64,000 nt of DNA from Candidatus Shapirobacteria bacterium (GTDB lineage Bacteria > Patescibacteriota > Microgenomatia > UBA12405), in contig JBAZTV010000001.1 of the NCBI GenBank assembly GCA_041661765.1, forward strand, positions 300,791 through 364,790, in the 5' to 3' direction. This document shows, in pieces, positions 47,074 to 57,271 of this stretch. Every line of letters begins with the position of its first letter. The stretch's first letter is position 1. The position numbers were made by a program, and so were the translations under genes. The notes beneath the pieces were generated by a model. That model did no database searches. It was not told where the DNA came from and worked only from the letters and a program-made list of their open reading frames with translations.

Positions 47074-48312
47074 ATGAGATATTCACAACTTTTCGGTAAA
47101 ACCAGTAAAACCGTCGCATCCGATGCTGACAGTATTAATGCCAAATTATTAACCCAGGGCGGTTTCATTCAAAAAGAAATTTCTGGTGTTTATAATTATT
47201 TACCCTTAGGTCTGCGTGTTTTAACCAAAATCCAAAATATCGTTCGTGAAGAAATGGATAAAATTGGCGGTCAAGAAATTTTAATGCCCACTATGACTCA
47301 AGAAGAAAGTTGGGTCACCACTGGTCGTAATAATATGGATGTTCTTTTTCATCTCAAAGGTCAAGGCGACACCAATTTAGTTTTAAATCCAACTCACGAG
47401 GAAGTAGTCACTCCTTTGGCTCAAAAATACATCTTTTCTTATCGCGATTTACCAGTTGCTGTTTACCAAATTCAAAACAAATTTAGAAATGAAGCTAGGG
47501 CTAAATCGGGATTACTTCGTGGTCGTGAATTTAATATGAAAGATCTTTACTCTTTTCATGTCGATGAAGACGATTTAAATCGTTATTACGAAATTGTTAA
47601 AAAAGCTTATTTTGAAATTTACAAACGACTTGAACTTGATAATATCACTGTTTTAACTTTTGCTTCCGGTGGTGCTTTCAGTCAATTTTCCCACGAATTT
47701 CAAACTATAAATGAAAGTGGAGAAGATACTATTTATCTTTGTGAAAAATGTAAAATTGCCATAAATAAAGAAATAATTGACACTCAAAAAACTTGTCCTG
47801 AATGTGGTAGTGATAAATTAAAAACTGTTAAAGCCATCGAAGTCGGCAACATCTTCAAATTAAGAACCAAATTTTCAAAAGCCTTTAATTTTTATTATTC
47901 CGATTCTAAAGGTCAAGAAAAAATTATTGAAATGGGTTGTTATGGTATTGGACCGTCAAGAGCCATGGCTACCATTGTTGAAACTCATAACGACTCTAAA
48001 GGCATAATCTGGCCAAAATCAATCGCTCCATACCAAGTTCATTTGATCGGGCTTGATCTTTTTGATGAAAATATTAAAATTCAAACCGAAAAAATTTATC
48101 AGGATTTATTAGATAAAAATATCGAAGTTTTATTTGATGATCGTGTCGATGTCACCGCCGGTATTAAATTTGCCGATGCTGATTTAATTGGAAATCCAAT
48201 TAGACTAGTAATTAGTAAACGAAGTATTGAAAATGGTGGCATTGAATTTAAGAATAGAAACGAAGAAAAAAGCGAAATTATTCCTTTCGATAAAATTTTT
48301 TCAAGAATCTGA
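47074..48312 (+). CDS. proS: prolyl-tRNA synthetase (short bacterial-type without INS editing domain)
   Basis: Class II motifs, Pro-specific N-terminal pattern (RYSQLF...), zinc-binding insertion CEKC...CPEC, C-terminal anticodon-binding domain. Confidence 0.85.
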   Translation: MRYSQLFGKTSKTVASDADSINAKLLTQGGFIQKEISGVYNYLPLGLRVLTKIQNIVREEMDKIGGQEILMPTMTQEESWVTTGRNNMDVLFHLKGQGDTNLVLNPTHEEVVTPLAQKYIFSYRDLPVAVYQIQNKFRNEARAKSGLLRGREFNMKDLYSFHVDEDDLNRYYEIVKKAYFEIYKRLELDNITVLTFASGGAFSQFSHEFQTINESGEDTIYLCEKCKIAINKEIIDTQKTCPECGSDKLKTVKAIEVGNIFKLRTKFSKAFNFYYSDSKGQEKIIEMGCYGIGPSRAMATIVETHNDSKGIIWPKSIAPYQVHLIGLDLFDENIKIQTEKIYQDLLDKNIEVLFDDRVDVTAGIKFADADLIGNPIRLVISKRSIENGGIEFKNRNEEKSEIIPFDKIFSRI

Positions 48313-48355
48313 ATTTTAAATTAAAAATTAATTTTAAATAAGTTATACTGTATTC

Positions 48356-50482
48356 ATGGCTAAACGAGGTCGCAAGAAAAAACATGCTTTTCCAGTTTTA
48401 AAATTAAAACAAGAAACAGTAAAAACTATTTTTTTTATTTTTTTCTTAGTTCTGTCAATTATCTCTCTTTTTTCCTTTCTTCAAACCGGTCCGTATTCAA
48501 TTGCATTAAATCTTAAATTAGTAGAATGGTTTGGTTTAATCTCCGTTTTTATTCCATTTTTACTACTACTCACCTCGTTTCTATTCACCAAAATGAAAGT
48601 TCCGTTAAAGGAAGCGAATGTCTTTTTCGGCACTTTAATTATGTTTATTTCTCTGCTTGGTCTTTTAAAACAGGGTAGTGTCGGACTTTTCTTTGGTGAT
48701 CAAATTGCCAATCTTTGGGGTGAATTACCTCGATTTTTTATTTTCTTTTTTTCTGGAATTGCTGGTTTTGTCATTCTTTTCGATACTAATGTCAGCCAAA
48801 TCATCAAATTTTTCGCCAAATTTTTTAATGCTATTAAAAAATACACAGTTGGTAACGGAAAAGAAAGAGAGAGTAAGTCTGAGAAAAAATCCGGTCTATT
48901 TTTATCAGAACTTTCGCCTTTTAAATCCAACAATAAAAACGAAGATAATAAAGATGATCCAAATGTCGTTAATATTCCTCCTGTTATTAAATCTCCAGAT
49001 CAACAATTATTACTTCCAAATTCACCTCTCCAATCTTTATCAAATAATCAAATTTGGGAATATCCATCAATTTCCATTTTTGATGGCACTCCTGGTGCCA
49101 AAGCTGATCGCGGTGATGTTCGTAAAAACGCCAACATTATTGAGGAAACTCTAGAATCTTTTGGTATTCGTGCCAAAGTCGTCGAATACAACAATAGTCC
49201 TTCTGTTACTCAATATGCTCTTGAAGTGGCTCTCGGCACCAAGTTAGCCAAAATTATTAGCCTAAGCAATGATTTAGCCATGGCCCTTTCTGCTCCTGGT
49301 GGTCAAATTCGTATTGAAGCCCCAATTCCTGGTCGAGCACTAGTTGGAATTGAAGTTCCTAATAAAACTCTTGAAGTTGTCCCAATTCGAAAAGTTATCG
49401 AATCCGACGCTATGAAAAATGCCAAAAATAAAATTACTGTTCCATTAGGTCTCGACGTTGCAGGTAATCCAAAAGTGGCTGACATCGCTAAAATGCCACA
49501 CGTTTTAATCGCTGGTCAAACCAATTCTGGTAAGTCTGTTTGTGTTAATTCTTGGATTAGTAATATTCTTTTCCGATCCTCTCCTCAAGAAGTTCGTATG
49601 ATTATGGTTGATCCAAAACGTGTCGAACTAACTCCATACAATGGTATTCCCCATCTTTTAACTCCAGTCATTGTCGAACCAGAAAAAGTAATTTCTGCCT
49701 TAAAATGGGCTGTCGATGAAATGCAACGACGTTATAAAACCTTTACTGAGGTTGGTGCCAAAAATATTGAAAGTTACAATAACCTTTCCGGTTTTCAATC
49801 TATGCCTTTCATTTTAATTTTTATCGATGAATTGGCTGACATTATGTTATTTTCTCCATCCGAAGTCGAAGATAATATTTGTCGTTTGGCTCAAATGTCT
49901 CGTGCTGTAGGCATTCATTTAATCCTCGCCACTCAACGCCCATCAGTAAATGTTATAACCGGTCTTATTAAAGCCAATATTCCTACTCGTATTTCCTTTG
50001 CTGTCACGTCGGTTACTGATTCTAGAGTTGTTCTAGATACTCCCGGAGCTGAAAAATTATTGGGTCGCGGTGATATGCTCTATGGTCCTCAAGATCTAGC
50101 CAAACCAGTCAGAATTCAAGGTTGTTTTATCTCAGACAAAGAAATAAATATTTTGGTCGACTTTTTAAAATCCCAAAAAACTGCCGAATACGACGATCAA
50201 GTCGTTAGTCAGCCGGTTTCTGCTGGAAATGGCAAATCAGTTATAACAGCATCTTCTAATGGTGCTCCTCACGACCCTCTCTATGACAGTGCTGTTAAAT
50301 TAATTCAAGACACTGGTAAAGCCTCAACCACTTTCCTTCAAAGAAAGTTAAGTGTCGGTTATGCTAGAGCTGCTAAAATTTTAGATGAAATTGAGAGTGC
50401 TGGTTTAATCGGTCCGTCAAATGGTGCCAAGCCTCGCGATATTTTAATGCCTCACACTCAAGGTGACAGTTCGGCCGAATAA
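48356..50482 (+). CDS. ftsK: DNA translocase FtsK/SpoIIIE
   Basis: N-terminal TM helices, linker, motor domain with Walker A AGQTNSGKSV, C-terminal gamma (winged-helix) domain. Confidence 0.85.
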   Translation: MAKRGRKKKHAFPVLKLKQETVKTIFFIFFLVLSIISLFSFLQTGPYSIALNLKLVEWFGLISVFIPFLLLLTSFLFTKMKVPLKEANVFFGTLIMFISLLGLLKQGSVGLFFGDQIANLWGELPRFFIFFFSGIAGFVILFDTNVSQIIKFFAKFFNAIKKYTVGNGKERESKSEKKSGLFLSELSPFKSNNKNEDNKDDPNVVNIPPVIKSPDQQLLLPNSPLQSLSNNQIWEYPSISIFDGTPGAKADRGDVRKNANIIEETLESFGIRAKVVEYNNSPSVTQYALEVALGTKLAKIISLSNDLAMALSAPGGQIRIEAPIPGRALVGIEVPNKTLEVVPIRKVIESDAMKNAKNKITVPLGLDVAGNPKVADIAKMPHVLIAGQTNSGKSVCVNSWISNILFRSSPQEVRMIMVDPKRVELTPYNGIPHLLTPVIVEPEKVISALKWAVDEMQRRYKTFTEVGAKNIESYNNLSGFQSMPFILIFIDELADIMLFSPSEVEDNICRLAQMSRAVGIHLILATQRPSVNVITGLIKANIPTRISFAVTSVTDSRVVLDTPGAEKLLGRGDMLYGPQDLAKPVRIQGCFISDKEINILVDFLKSQKTAEYDDQVVSQPVSAGNGKSVITASSNGAPHDPLYDSAVKLIQDTGKASTTFLQRKLSVGYARAAKILDEIESAGLIGPSNGAKPRDILMPHTQGDSSAE

Positions 50483-50490
50483 ATTTAATT

Positions 50491-51096
50491 ATGCTCCGCA
50501 CATCATCTCTTCTCAAAAATACTCGTCTCGACAAGGAATATGAATTAACCGATATTTCTAAAAAATTAAAAATATCCGTCAAATATTTAACTGCTATTGA
50601 AAATGAAGAAGTTAAAAATTTTCCCCAAGAACCATACTGTTCTTTAATTATTAAAGATTATGCCGATTACCTAGGTCTTAATGGTCAAGAAATTTTATCC
50701 TTCTTTCGACGCGATTTCGAACAAAAAAAACGAATCAAATCTGTCAAAAAATCAGGTTTTTCCTTTACTCCACAATTCACATTTAGTGTTTTAATTGGAG
50801 TTATTATTATTGGTTTTATTTTCTATCTCACTTCCGAATATATTAAATTCAACCGTCCACCTAAATTAAAAATAAATTGGCCGGAAACTATTAATAATGA
50901 AAGTTTTGATTTAACTGGTATTACAGATCCAGATTCTACTATTCGAATTAATAAGGACTTAATAATTATTGGTTCTAATGGTAGTTTTCAAAAGAAAATT
51001 CAAACAGGTTCCGATGGTGAAATTAAAATAATCGTCGAATCAAAATCACCCAGCGGTAAAACTACTGTCGAGGAAAAAACTCTCAAAATTAATTAA
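50491..51096 (+). CDS. RodZ-like protein (XRE-type HTH + TM + extracytoplasmic domain)
   Basis: HTH segment LTDISKKLKISVKYLTAIE, single TM, C-terminal beta-rich domain. Confidence 0.4.
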   Translation: MLRTSSLLKNTRLDKEYELTDISKKLKISVKYLTAIENEEVKNFPQEPYCSLIIKDYADYLGLNGQEILSFFRRDFEQKKRIKSVKKSGFSFTPQFTFSVLIGVIIIGFIFYLTSEYIKFNRPPKLKINWPETINNESFDLTGITDPDSTIRINKDLIIIGSNGSFQKKIQTGSDGEIKIIVESKSPSGKTTVEEKTLKIN

Positions 51097-51125
51097 TTTT
51101 TTAAAAAATAGTTTATACTGATTAC

Positions 51126-51386
51126 ATGGATATAACTCAAATCGTCATTATCATTAGTCTTTTAGCTATTACGATCATTATCGTCATTTGTGGAATTTAC
51201 TTTATCAAACTTCTAAAAGATTTAAATATCACTCTCAAAAAAACCAATCTAATTCTCGACGATGCCCATTTGATTACCGATTCAGTTGCCCAGCCAGTTT
51301 CTTCTCTTTCCGATTTTCTCATGGGTCTTAAAAATGGAGTTTCTTTTTTTAGTAATTTAACTAGAGATAAAAACAAAGATGACTAA
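51126..51386 (+). CDS. small membrane protein, hypothetical
   Basis: 86 aa, one N-terminal TM. Confidence 0.3.
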   Translation: MDITQIVIIISLLAITIIIVICGIYFIKLLKDLNITLKKTNLILDDAHLITDSVAQPVSSLSDFLMGLKNGVSFFSNLTRDKNKDD

Positions 51387-51696
51387 ATCAGAAAATAAGA
51401 CCGATCCAAAATCAAATCCTGGTTTTATGTTTGGTTTAACCTTAGGTGCTGCTGTCGGTGCTCTTTCCGCAATTTTAATCAACAAAAGCAATGAAACAGA
51501 AGTTGTCCAAAATTTTGAATCCAAAGTAAAAGAATTTTTTCAGGATTTGGTTAGTGAAGCCAAATCAAAAAAAACAGAAGTAGTCAAAAAAATCGAATTC
51601 ATCGATGCTGAAGAGGAAAAAGAAAAGCCAGAAAAACCACATGTTGTCATCAAAAGGAAATCCACTCCCAAGATGTTTGTCAAACCAAAGAGATAA
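51379..51696 (+). CDS. YtxH-like small protein (membrane anchor + charged helix)
   Basis: GFMFGLTLGAAVGALSAIL segment then K/E-rich helix. Confidence 0.35.
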   Translation: MTKSENKTDPKSNPGFMFGLTLGAAVGALSAILINKSNETEVVQNFESKVKEFFQDLVSEAKSKKTEVVKKIEFIDAEEEKEKPEKPHVVIKRKSTPKMFVKPKR

Positions 51697-51705
51697 ATTA
51701 TTTTT

Positions 51706-51894
51706 GTAGAGACGCATTGTATGCGTCTCTTGGTAATAAATTCAAAATAAAACATAATTAATTTAGAGACGCACGCAGTGCGTCTCTACTGACGATAAAT
51801 AAAATTTTATAGAGACGTTCTACAGAACGTCTCTATTGATATAAAAATTGAATAATTTGTTTAGTAGTAGGAACACGCCATGGCGTGTTCCTAC
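51706..51894. repeat. tandem cluster of four REP hairpins (GTAGAGACG-type x3 plus GTAGGAACACGCC variant)
   Basis: 51706..51732 GTAGAGACGCAT-TGT-ATGCGTCTCT; 51764..51788 TAGAGACGCAC-GCA-GTGCGTCTCTA; 51810..51835 TAGAGACGTTC-TACA-GAACGTCTCTA; 51867..51894 GTAGGAACACGCCA|TGGCGTGTTCCTAC. Confidence 0.7.
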
Positions 51895-51926
51895 ATGAAT
51901 AAAAAAATATTGATATAATCATTCGT

Positions 51927-53741
51927 ATGAAAGCCCGTGATTTAAAGGAAAAATTCATTAATTTTTTTGTTTCTCAAAAACACATCGAAATTCCCTCCAG
52001 TAATTTAACTCCCGAAAATGATCCGACCACTTTGTTTATTTCCGCCGGCATGCAACAATTAGTTCCATATTTCACCGGAAAACCACATCCATTAGGTAAG
52101 AGACTAACAGATGTTCAAAAATGCGTTAGGACCGGCGATATTGATGAAGTTGGAGATTCATTTCATCATACTTTTTTTGAAATGCTTGGCAACTGGTCTC
52201 TTGGTGATTACTTTAAAAACGAAATGCTTCCTTGGAGTTATCAATTTTTAACCAAAGAATTAAATATTGATCCAAAAAATCTTTTTGTCACTTGTTTTAC
52301 TGGTAACAAAAACGCTCCCAAAGATGAATTTAGTGCTTCTGTTTGGAAATCTTTAGGCATGAATCAAGACAATATTATTTTTTTGGAAGATAATTGGTGG
52401 GGTCCAGCCGGTCTAACAGGTCCATGTGGTCCAGATAGTGAAATGTTTATCGATACTCATCCAGAATTACCAAAAGTCGATTTTAAAACAGGGGATAAAC
52501 AAGGCCGTTATTTGGAAATTTGGAACGATGTTTTTTTGGAATATAACAAAAATGCCGATGATACTTTTTCAAAATTAACTCAGCAAAATGTCGATACCGG
52601 TATGGGTGTTGAAAGAACAATTACAATTTTATCCGGTTTTTCGGACAATTATTTAACCGACATCTGGCAACCAATCATTAAAAAAATAGAAGAATTATCG
52701 GAAAAAAATTATAATGAAAGCCGTCCTGTCAAGGGAGGTGGTTCCGATGAAATCGGAGACGGAGGGTTTAAAAAATCCATTCGTATTATTGCCGACCACA
52801 TCAAGGCTTCTGTTTTTATTATTGCCGACGGCGTTGAACCCACTAATAAAGAAACCGGTTATGTTCTCCGCCGTCTAATTCGTCGTGCTATTCGTCAAGG
52901 GAAATTATTAGGCATTGAAACCAATTTTATTTCTCAAATTGCCGATGCAGTTTTAGATAATCAAGACAATTACGCCGGTGTTTACCCCGAATTAGATGCC
53001 AATCGCGATAAAATTATTTCAATCTTAGATGCTGAAGAAAATAAATTCAGAAAAACTTTAAACAATGGCCTTCGTGAAATCAATAAATTAATCGAAAGAA
53101 ATAAAAGTGTTTCTGGTAAAGAAGCTTTTACCCTTTATGAAAGTTTCGGTTTTCCAATCGAAATGATTGAAGAGGAACTTCAAAAAAACAATTTAACCTT
53201 AAATAAGGAAGAATTTGAAGAAGCAAAATTAGCTCATCAAAAGCAGTCACAAACTTTGTCTGCTGGCAAATTCAAATCCGGTCTAGCAGATAATTCTGAA
53301 ATCATTACCAAATATCACACCGCCACTCATTTATTACATTCCGCTTTAAGAAAAATTTTAGGCGACAATGTTCAACAATCTGGTTCCAATATCACTTCTG
53401 AAAGATTACGTTTTGATTTCTCTTATTTCGAAAAATTAACCGACGACCAATTAAAACAAATCCAAGATTTAATTAATCAACAAATTAAATTAGATTTACT
53501 AGTCGTCGTTGAAACAATGCCTTTTGTCGAAGCTCAGTCACAAAATGCTTTAGCTTTTTTTGGCAATAAATACCCTGAAATTGTCACGGTTTATACCATT
53601 GGTTCGGCAGAAAATTATTTTTCCAAAGAAGTTTGCACTGGCCCTCATGTAAGCCATTTATCGGAACTTGGTAATTTTGAAATCCAAAAAGAAGAATCAG
53701 CGGGGAGTGGTAAACGTCGTATCTACGCCATCTTAAATTAG
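51927..53741 (+). CDS. alaS: alanyl-tRNA synthetase, compact form (catalytic + tRNA-recognition + editing domains, no C-Ala domain)
   Basis: N-terminal AlaRS class II core (FHHTFFEMLGNWS, WGPAG), editing-domain HxxxH (HTATHLLH) and CxxxH (CTGPHVSH) motifs; 604 aa. Confidence 0.85.
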   Translation: MKARDLKEKFINFFVSQKHIEIPSSNLTPENDPTTLFISAGMQQLVPYFTGKPHPLGKRLTDVQKCVRTGDIDEVGDSFHHTFFEMLGNWSLGDYFKNEMLPWSYQFLTKELNIDPKNLFVTCFTGNKNAPKDEFSASVWKSLGMNQDNIIFLEDNWWGPAGLTGPCGPDSEMFIDTHPELPKVDFKTGDKQGRYLEIWNDVFLEYNKNADDTFSKLTQQNVDTGMGVERTITILSGFSDNYLTDIWQPIIKKIEELSEKNYNESRPVKGGGSDEIGDGGFKKSIRIIADHIKASVFIIADGVEPTNKETGYVLRRLIRRAIRQGKLLGIETNFISQIADAVLDNQDNYAGVYPELDANRDKIISILDAEENKFRKTLNNGLREINKLIERNKSVSGKEAFTLYESFGFPIEMIEEELQKNNLTLNKEEFEEAKLAHQKQSQTLSAGKFKSGLADNSEIITKYHTATHLLHSALRKILGDNVQQSGSNITSERLRFDFSYFEKLTDDQLKQIQDLINQQIKLDLLVVVETMPFVEAQSQNALAFFGNKYPEIVTVYTIGSAENYFSKEVCTGPHVSHLSELGNFEIQKEESAGSGKRRIYAILN

Positions 53742-53759
53742 GCTAAATCATCAAAAATA

Positions 53760-55946
53760 TTGTATCCTTACATAATGGGTATTAATAGTTTTTGGTTATT
53801 TTACATCGAGGCCGACAGTATTTTAGTCGCCCTAATTAATTGGGGAAATGGTCGTTTTTATGTTGCCTCAATTGGTCCGCGTGTCGCTTTCAATATAAAC
53901 GATCCTAGATCGATCGCTAAAGCTACTGACGAATCACTTTCAAGTGCTGCAGTCAGCGCCGATATCTCCCCCGAGCAAGAACCTCTTTTTGTTGGTTTAG
54001 TCATTCCGTCTTCTTGGGTTAGTGAAGATGGAAAAATTGTCAAAGAAAAATCAGAAATAATTTTACCTCTTTTAAAAGAATTAGATCTAAAACCATCTGG
54101 TTTTATGTCCAGCGATGAAGCCATAATTGAAGAGTCAAGCAAACCCGATGACTTTCCTGCCAGTTTCATTAATATTTATTTAGAATCAAATTCTTTCGAA
54201 CTATCACTCATCTATCTTGGAAAAATCAAAAAAAGAATTAGAAAATTTTTTGATGGTGAATTTAAAGCTCAATTAATCGAAGATGTTTTACTAGAATTCA
54301 ACTCCGAATCCACTCTTCCTCCTCAAATTTATATCTATGGAAATGCCGATGAATCAATTGTTGAAGAATTAAAAAATTTTCCCTGGGTTGGTAAAAAAAA
54401 TGTCGAGACTTTTCTTCATTTTCCTGATATTAAACTTTATCACGACGAAGATTTGGTCAATATTTTTTTCAAGGCTATCACTTCTCAAATGGTTGGCGGA
54501 GGTAATTCTTCTCATCAACCAGTTCCGCCAATTCCTCCTAAAGAACCACAAGAAATAAAAGAAGAGTTAGTAGAAGAATCCGAAACTCCAGATGAAATCA
54601 TTAATAATGATTCCGATATTTATGATTCGGAAATAATAGAAACCATAGAAGAAGTTTCTCCTGAAAATTTAGGTTTTACCCAAGAACAATCAAAAGAAGA
54701 ATTTATTGAAATACCAACCGCAGTTGAAACACCAATTTTCGAAACCCATATTCCTTCTAAAAAATTACCAATTAAATTTACTCTTCCAAAATTAAATTTC
54801 AAATTACCCAAGTTAAAAACAAATTTTTTATTTTTTATTTTTCCAGTTGCACTAATTCTCATTTTTCTTCTTATCTTTTTTTCCAAAGCTAAAATTACTC
54901 TTTTTTTAACTCCCTATGAATTTGAAAAAACCATCAACGTAACTTTAGATTCAGATGCTATTGAAATTTCCTCATCAATTATTCCAGTTGAAAAAAAGAA
55001 CACCAATATTAATTCTTCGGTTACAATAGAAACCACTGGTCAAAAAACTGTTGGTACAAAAGCCACCGGCGAGGTAACTATTTTCAATAAATTAGAAAAA
55101 GTTCAAAATATTCCCAAAGGTTCAATTTTAGTTAATTCAAATGGTCAAAAATTTGAACTAATTAATAGCGTTCAAGTCGCTGCCGCCGTTATAAATTATA
55201 GTACTGGCACTATGAATTTCGGTCAAGTCAAAACTTCCTTGTCCGCCTCAGATATCGGCCCTGAATATAATATCAGCAAAGATGCCGCTTTAACATTTAA
55301 AGATTTTTCCGAAACTTCAATCGTAGTTAAAAGCAACACCACTTTTGCTGGTGGCACCAAAGAACAAGTCAAAGCTGTTAGTAAACAAGACAAAACCAAT
55401 GCTGAAAATCAATTAAATCAAAAACTAACCGACGAAGCCGACAAAAAAATAAGTGAAGAACTCAACGATTCCAGTGATATTTTAAAGGAAACCATCCAAG
55501 TTAAAAAAAATAAAACCGAGTTTAATCGCGAAGTCGATGAACAGACCGATGAATTAACTGCCACCGCTCAATCAATCGTTAGTGTTTTTATTATTAATTC
55601 AGAAACAAAAAATAAAATCATCGAGCAATTTTTGTCCCAAGAAAATGGTTATTCTGATTCTGATAAAAATAAAAACTCCTTTGTTTTTACATTTAAAATT
55701 AATAAATTAGATACAGATCAAGCCACTGGTAGTTTAACCATTAAAGGTTCTTCTTTGCCTAAAGTTGATACTGCAACCCTTAAAAAGAATATTGCTGGAA
55801 AGACAGTTAAAAATGCCCAAAAAATTATTAAAAAAACCATCATCCGTGTTTACGATTTTAATATTCAAACCAATTCAAAATTATTAAATATTCTGCCTTT
55901 CAATAAAAACAATATTTCTATTGATGTAAAAATCAAATCAAAGTGA
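53760..55946 (+). CDS. hypothetical bitopic membrane protein: ~350-aa cytoplasmic N-terminal domain, acidic linker, one TM, ~350-aa extracytoplasmic domain; translationally coupled to sortase
   Basis: Stop TGA overlaps sortase GTG start (GTGA); TM at about residues 350-372; N-terminal domain loosely reminiscent of actin-like ATPase segments. Confidence 0.45.
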   Translation: MYPYIMGINSFWLFYIEADSILVALINWGNGRFYVASIGPRVAFNINDPRSIAKATDESLSSAAVSADISPEQEPLFVGLVIPSSWVSEDGKIVKEKSEIILPLLKELDLKPSGFMSSDEAIIEESSKPDDFPASFINIYLESNSFELSLIYLGKIKKRIRKFFDGEFKAQLIEDVLLEFNSESTLPPQIYIYGNADESIVEELKNFPWVGKKNVETFLHFPDIKLYHDEDLVNIFFKAITSQMVGGGNSSHQPVPPIPPKEPQEIKEELVEESETPDEIINNDSDIYDSEIIETIEEVSPENLGFTQEQSKEEFIEIPTAVETPIFETHIPSKKLPIKFTLPKLNFKLPKLKTNFLFFIFPVALILIFLLIFFSKAKITLFLTPYEFEKTINVTLDSDAIEISSSIIPVEKKNTNINSSVTIETTGQKTVGTKATGEVTIFNKLEKVQNIPKGSILVNSNGQKFELINSVQVAAAVINYSTGTMNFGQVKTSLSASDIGPEYNISKDAALTFKDFSETSIVVKSNTTFAGGTKEQVKAVSKQDKTNAENQLNQKLTDEADKKISEELNDSSDILKETIQVKKNKTEFNREVDEQTDELTATAQSIVSVFIINSETKNKIIEQFLSQENGYSDSDKNKNSFVFTFKINKLDTDQATGSLTIKGSSLPKVDTATLKKNIAGKTVKNAQKIIKKTIIRVYDFNIQTNSKLLNILPFNKNNISIDVKIKSK

Positions 55947-56662
55947 GCTATATTTATATTAAAAAAACACCACCCACTTCAAAATCTAAATCAATAGCTA
56001 AAAAAAAAGCGTTAGCTGTTTCGCTTTTATGTCTTGGATTATTTTTTTTCGCTTCAGCTATTTTTCCCATCATTAAATTCCAATTACAATATTCAATTAA
56101 TTTTAATCAGTTAATAAATCCACTATCACTCCAAAATTATAATACCTCTCAAAATATTTTAGGAGCAGCCGCCACCGATTACACTCAAATTTCTAGCTGG
56201 TTTGACTCTGATTCTTCAAACTCTAGCCAAATTTTTTCAAATGACAAAACTTTTACTTATCTTTTATCTATTCCAAAATTAAAAGTCAGTAATGCAGTCG
56301 TTACTGTTGGTAGCATGGATCTTAAGAAAAGCTTAGTCCAATATCCTCAAACTGCTCTTCCAGGCCAACTCGGCAATACTGTTATATTTGGCCACTCCGT
56401 TTTGCCTCAATTTTTCAACCCCAAATCATACCTTACAATTTTTTCTACACTTTACAAACTTGAACAAGGTGATGAGATTTTAATTGATTATGACAATGTT
56501 CAATATGAATATATTGTTGATGAAATGTATGAAGTTAAACCAACCGATCTTTCGGTTTTAGAACAGCGTTTCGATCAAAAAAATTTAACACTCATCACCT
56601 GTAGTCCACCAGGAACTTATCTTCGTCGTCTCATCATTAAGACCAGCCTTTCAGCAAAGTAA
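55943..56662 (+). CDS. sortase (transpeptidase)
   Basis: N-terminal TM anchor; catalytic His (TVIFGHSV), Cys (LTLITCSPPGT) and Arg (YLRRLII) signature. Confidence 0.75.
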   Translation: MSYIYIKKTPPTSKSKSIAKKKALAVSLLCLGLFFFASAIFPIIKFQLQYSINFNQLINPLSLQNYNTSQNILGAAATDYTQISSWFDSDSSNSSQIFSNDKTFTYLLSIPKLKVSNAVVTVGSMDLKKSLVQYPQTALPGQLGNTVIFGHSVLPQFFNPKSYLTIFSTLYKLEQGDEILIDYDNVQYEYIVDEMYEVKPTDLSVLEQRFDQKNLTLITCSPPGTYLRRLIIKTSLSAK

Positions 56663-56680
56663 TTTTTGTTATAATTCCCT

Positions 56681-57055
56681 ATGAATTATTTAGCCATCGA
56701 TTATGGAACTAAAAATATTGGTCTTGCCATATCGACTCTTGGAATAATTTCTACCATTCCTGCCATTAAAAATGACAACAATATTATTGATAATTTAAAA
56801 AAAATTATTACTGATTACGAAATTGATGGTATTTATGTTGGCGTTTCAGAAGGGGAGGTAGCTAAGCTTACCAAAGCCTTTGTCAATAAACTTCGCGACA
56901 TGCTACAATTAGATATTGAGACAGTTGAAGAAGCTGTTAGCACTATCGAAGCTCAGCAAATTTACATTCAAAATAAAAACAAAAAGAAAGATTATAAAAA
57001 ATTAATCGATTCAGTTGCTGCCGCTGTTATTTTAAGGAGAGTTACAGGTTACTAA
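56681..57055 (+). CDS. ruvX: Holliday-junction-resolvase-like RNase H-fold protein YqgF/RuvX
   Basis: LAIDYGTKNIGLAIS N-terminal motif, 124 aa. Confidence 0.75.
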   Translation: MNYLAIDYGTKNIGLAISTLGIISTIPAIKNDNNIIDNLKKIITDYEIDGIYVGVSEGEVAKLTKAFVNKLRDMLQLDIETVEEAVSTIEAQQIYIQNKNKKKDYKKLIDSVAAAVILRRVTGY

Positions 57056-57068
57056 TTAAAAATAAACT

Positions 57069-57266
57069 ATGATTAAAAATCTAATTTCCCCCATCCAAGC
57101 TTGGTTGTTATCTCAAGGTCGTTGCGTCGGTTGCGGTGCCACTCTTTCTCATGGTGTCAAAAAAGATGTCCGAGGAAAAACCACTGTCACCTGTAAATGC
57201 GGTCGTATTTTTATCTACGATAAATCTAAAAAAACATATCGTCGTGCATTATTTGATGAGGTCTAA
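57069..57266 (+). CDS. small zinc-ribbon protein, hypothetical
   Basis: 65 aa with CVGCG ... CKCG Cys pairs. Confidence 0.35.
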   Translation: MIKNLISPIQAWLLSQGRCVGCGATLSHGVKKDVRGKTTVTCKCGRIFIYDKSKKTYRRALFDEV

Positions 57267-57271
57267 TTAAA

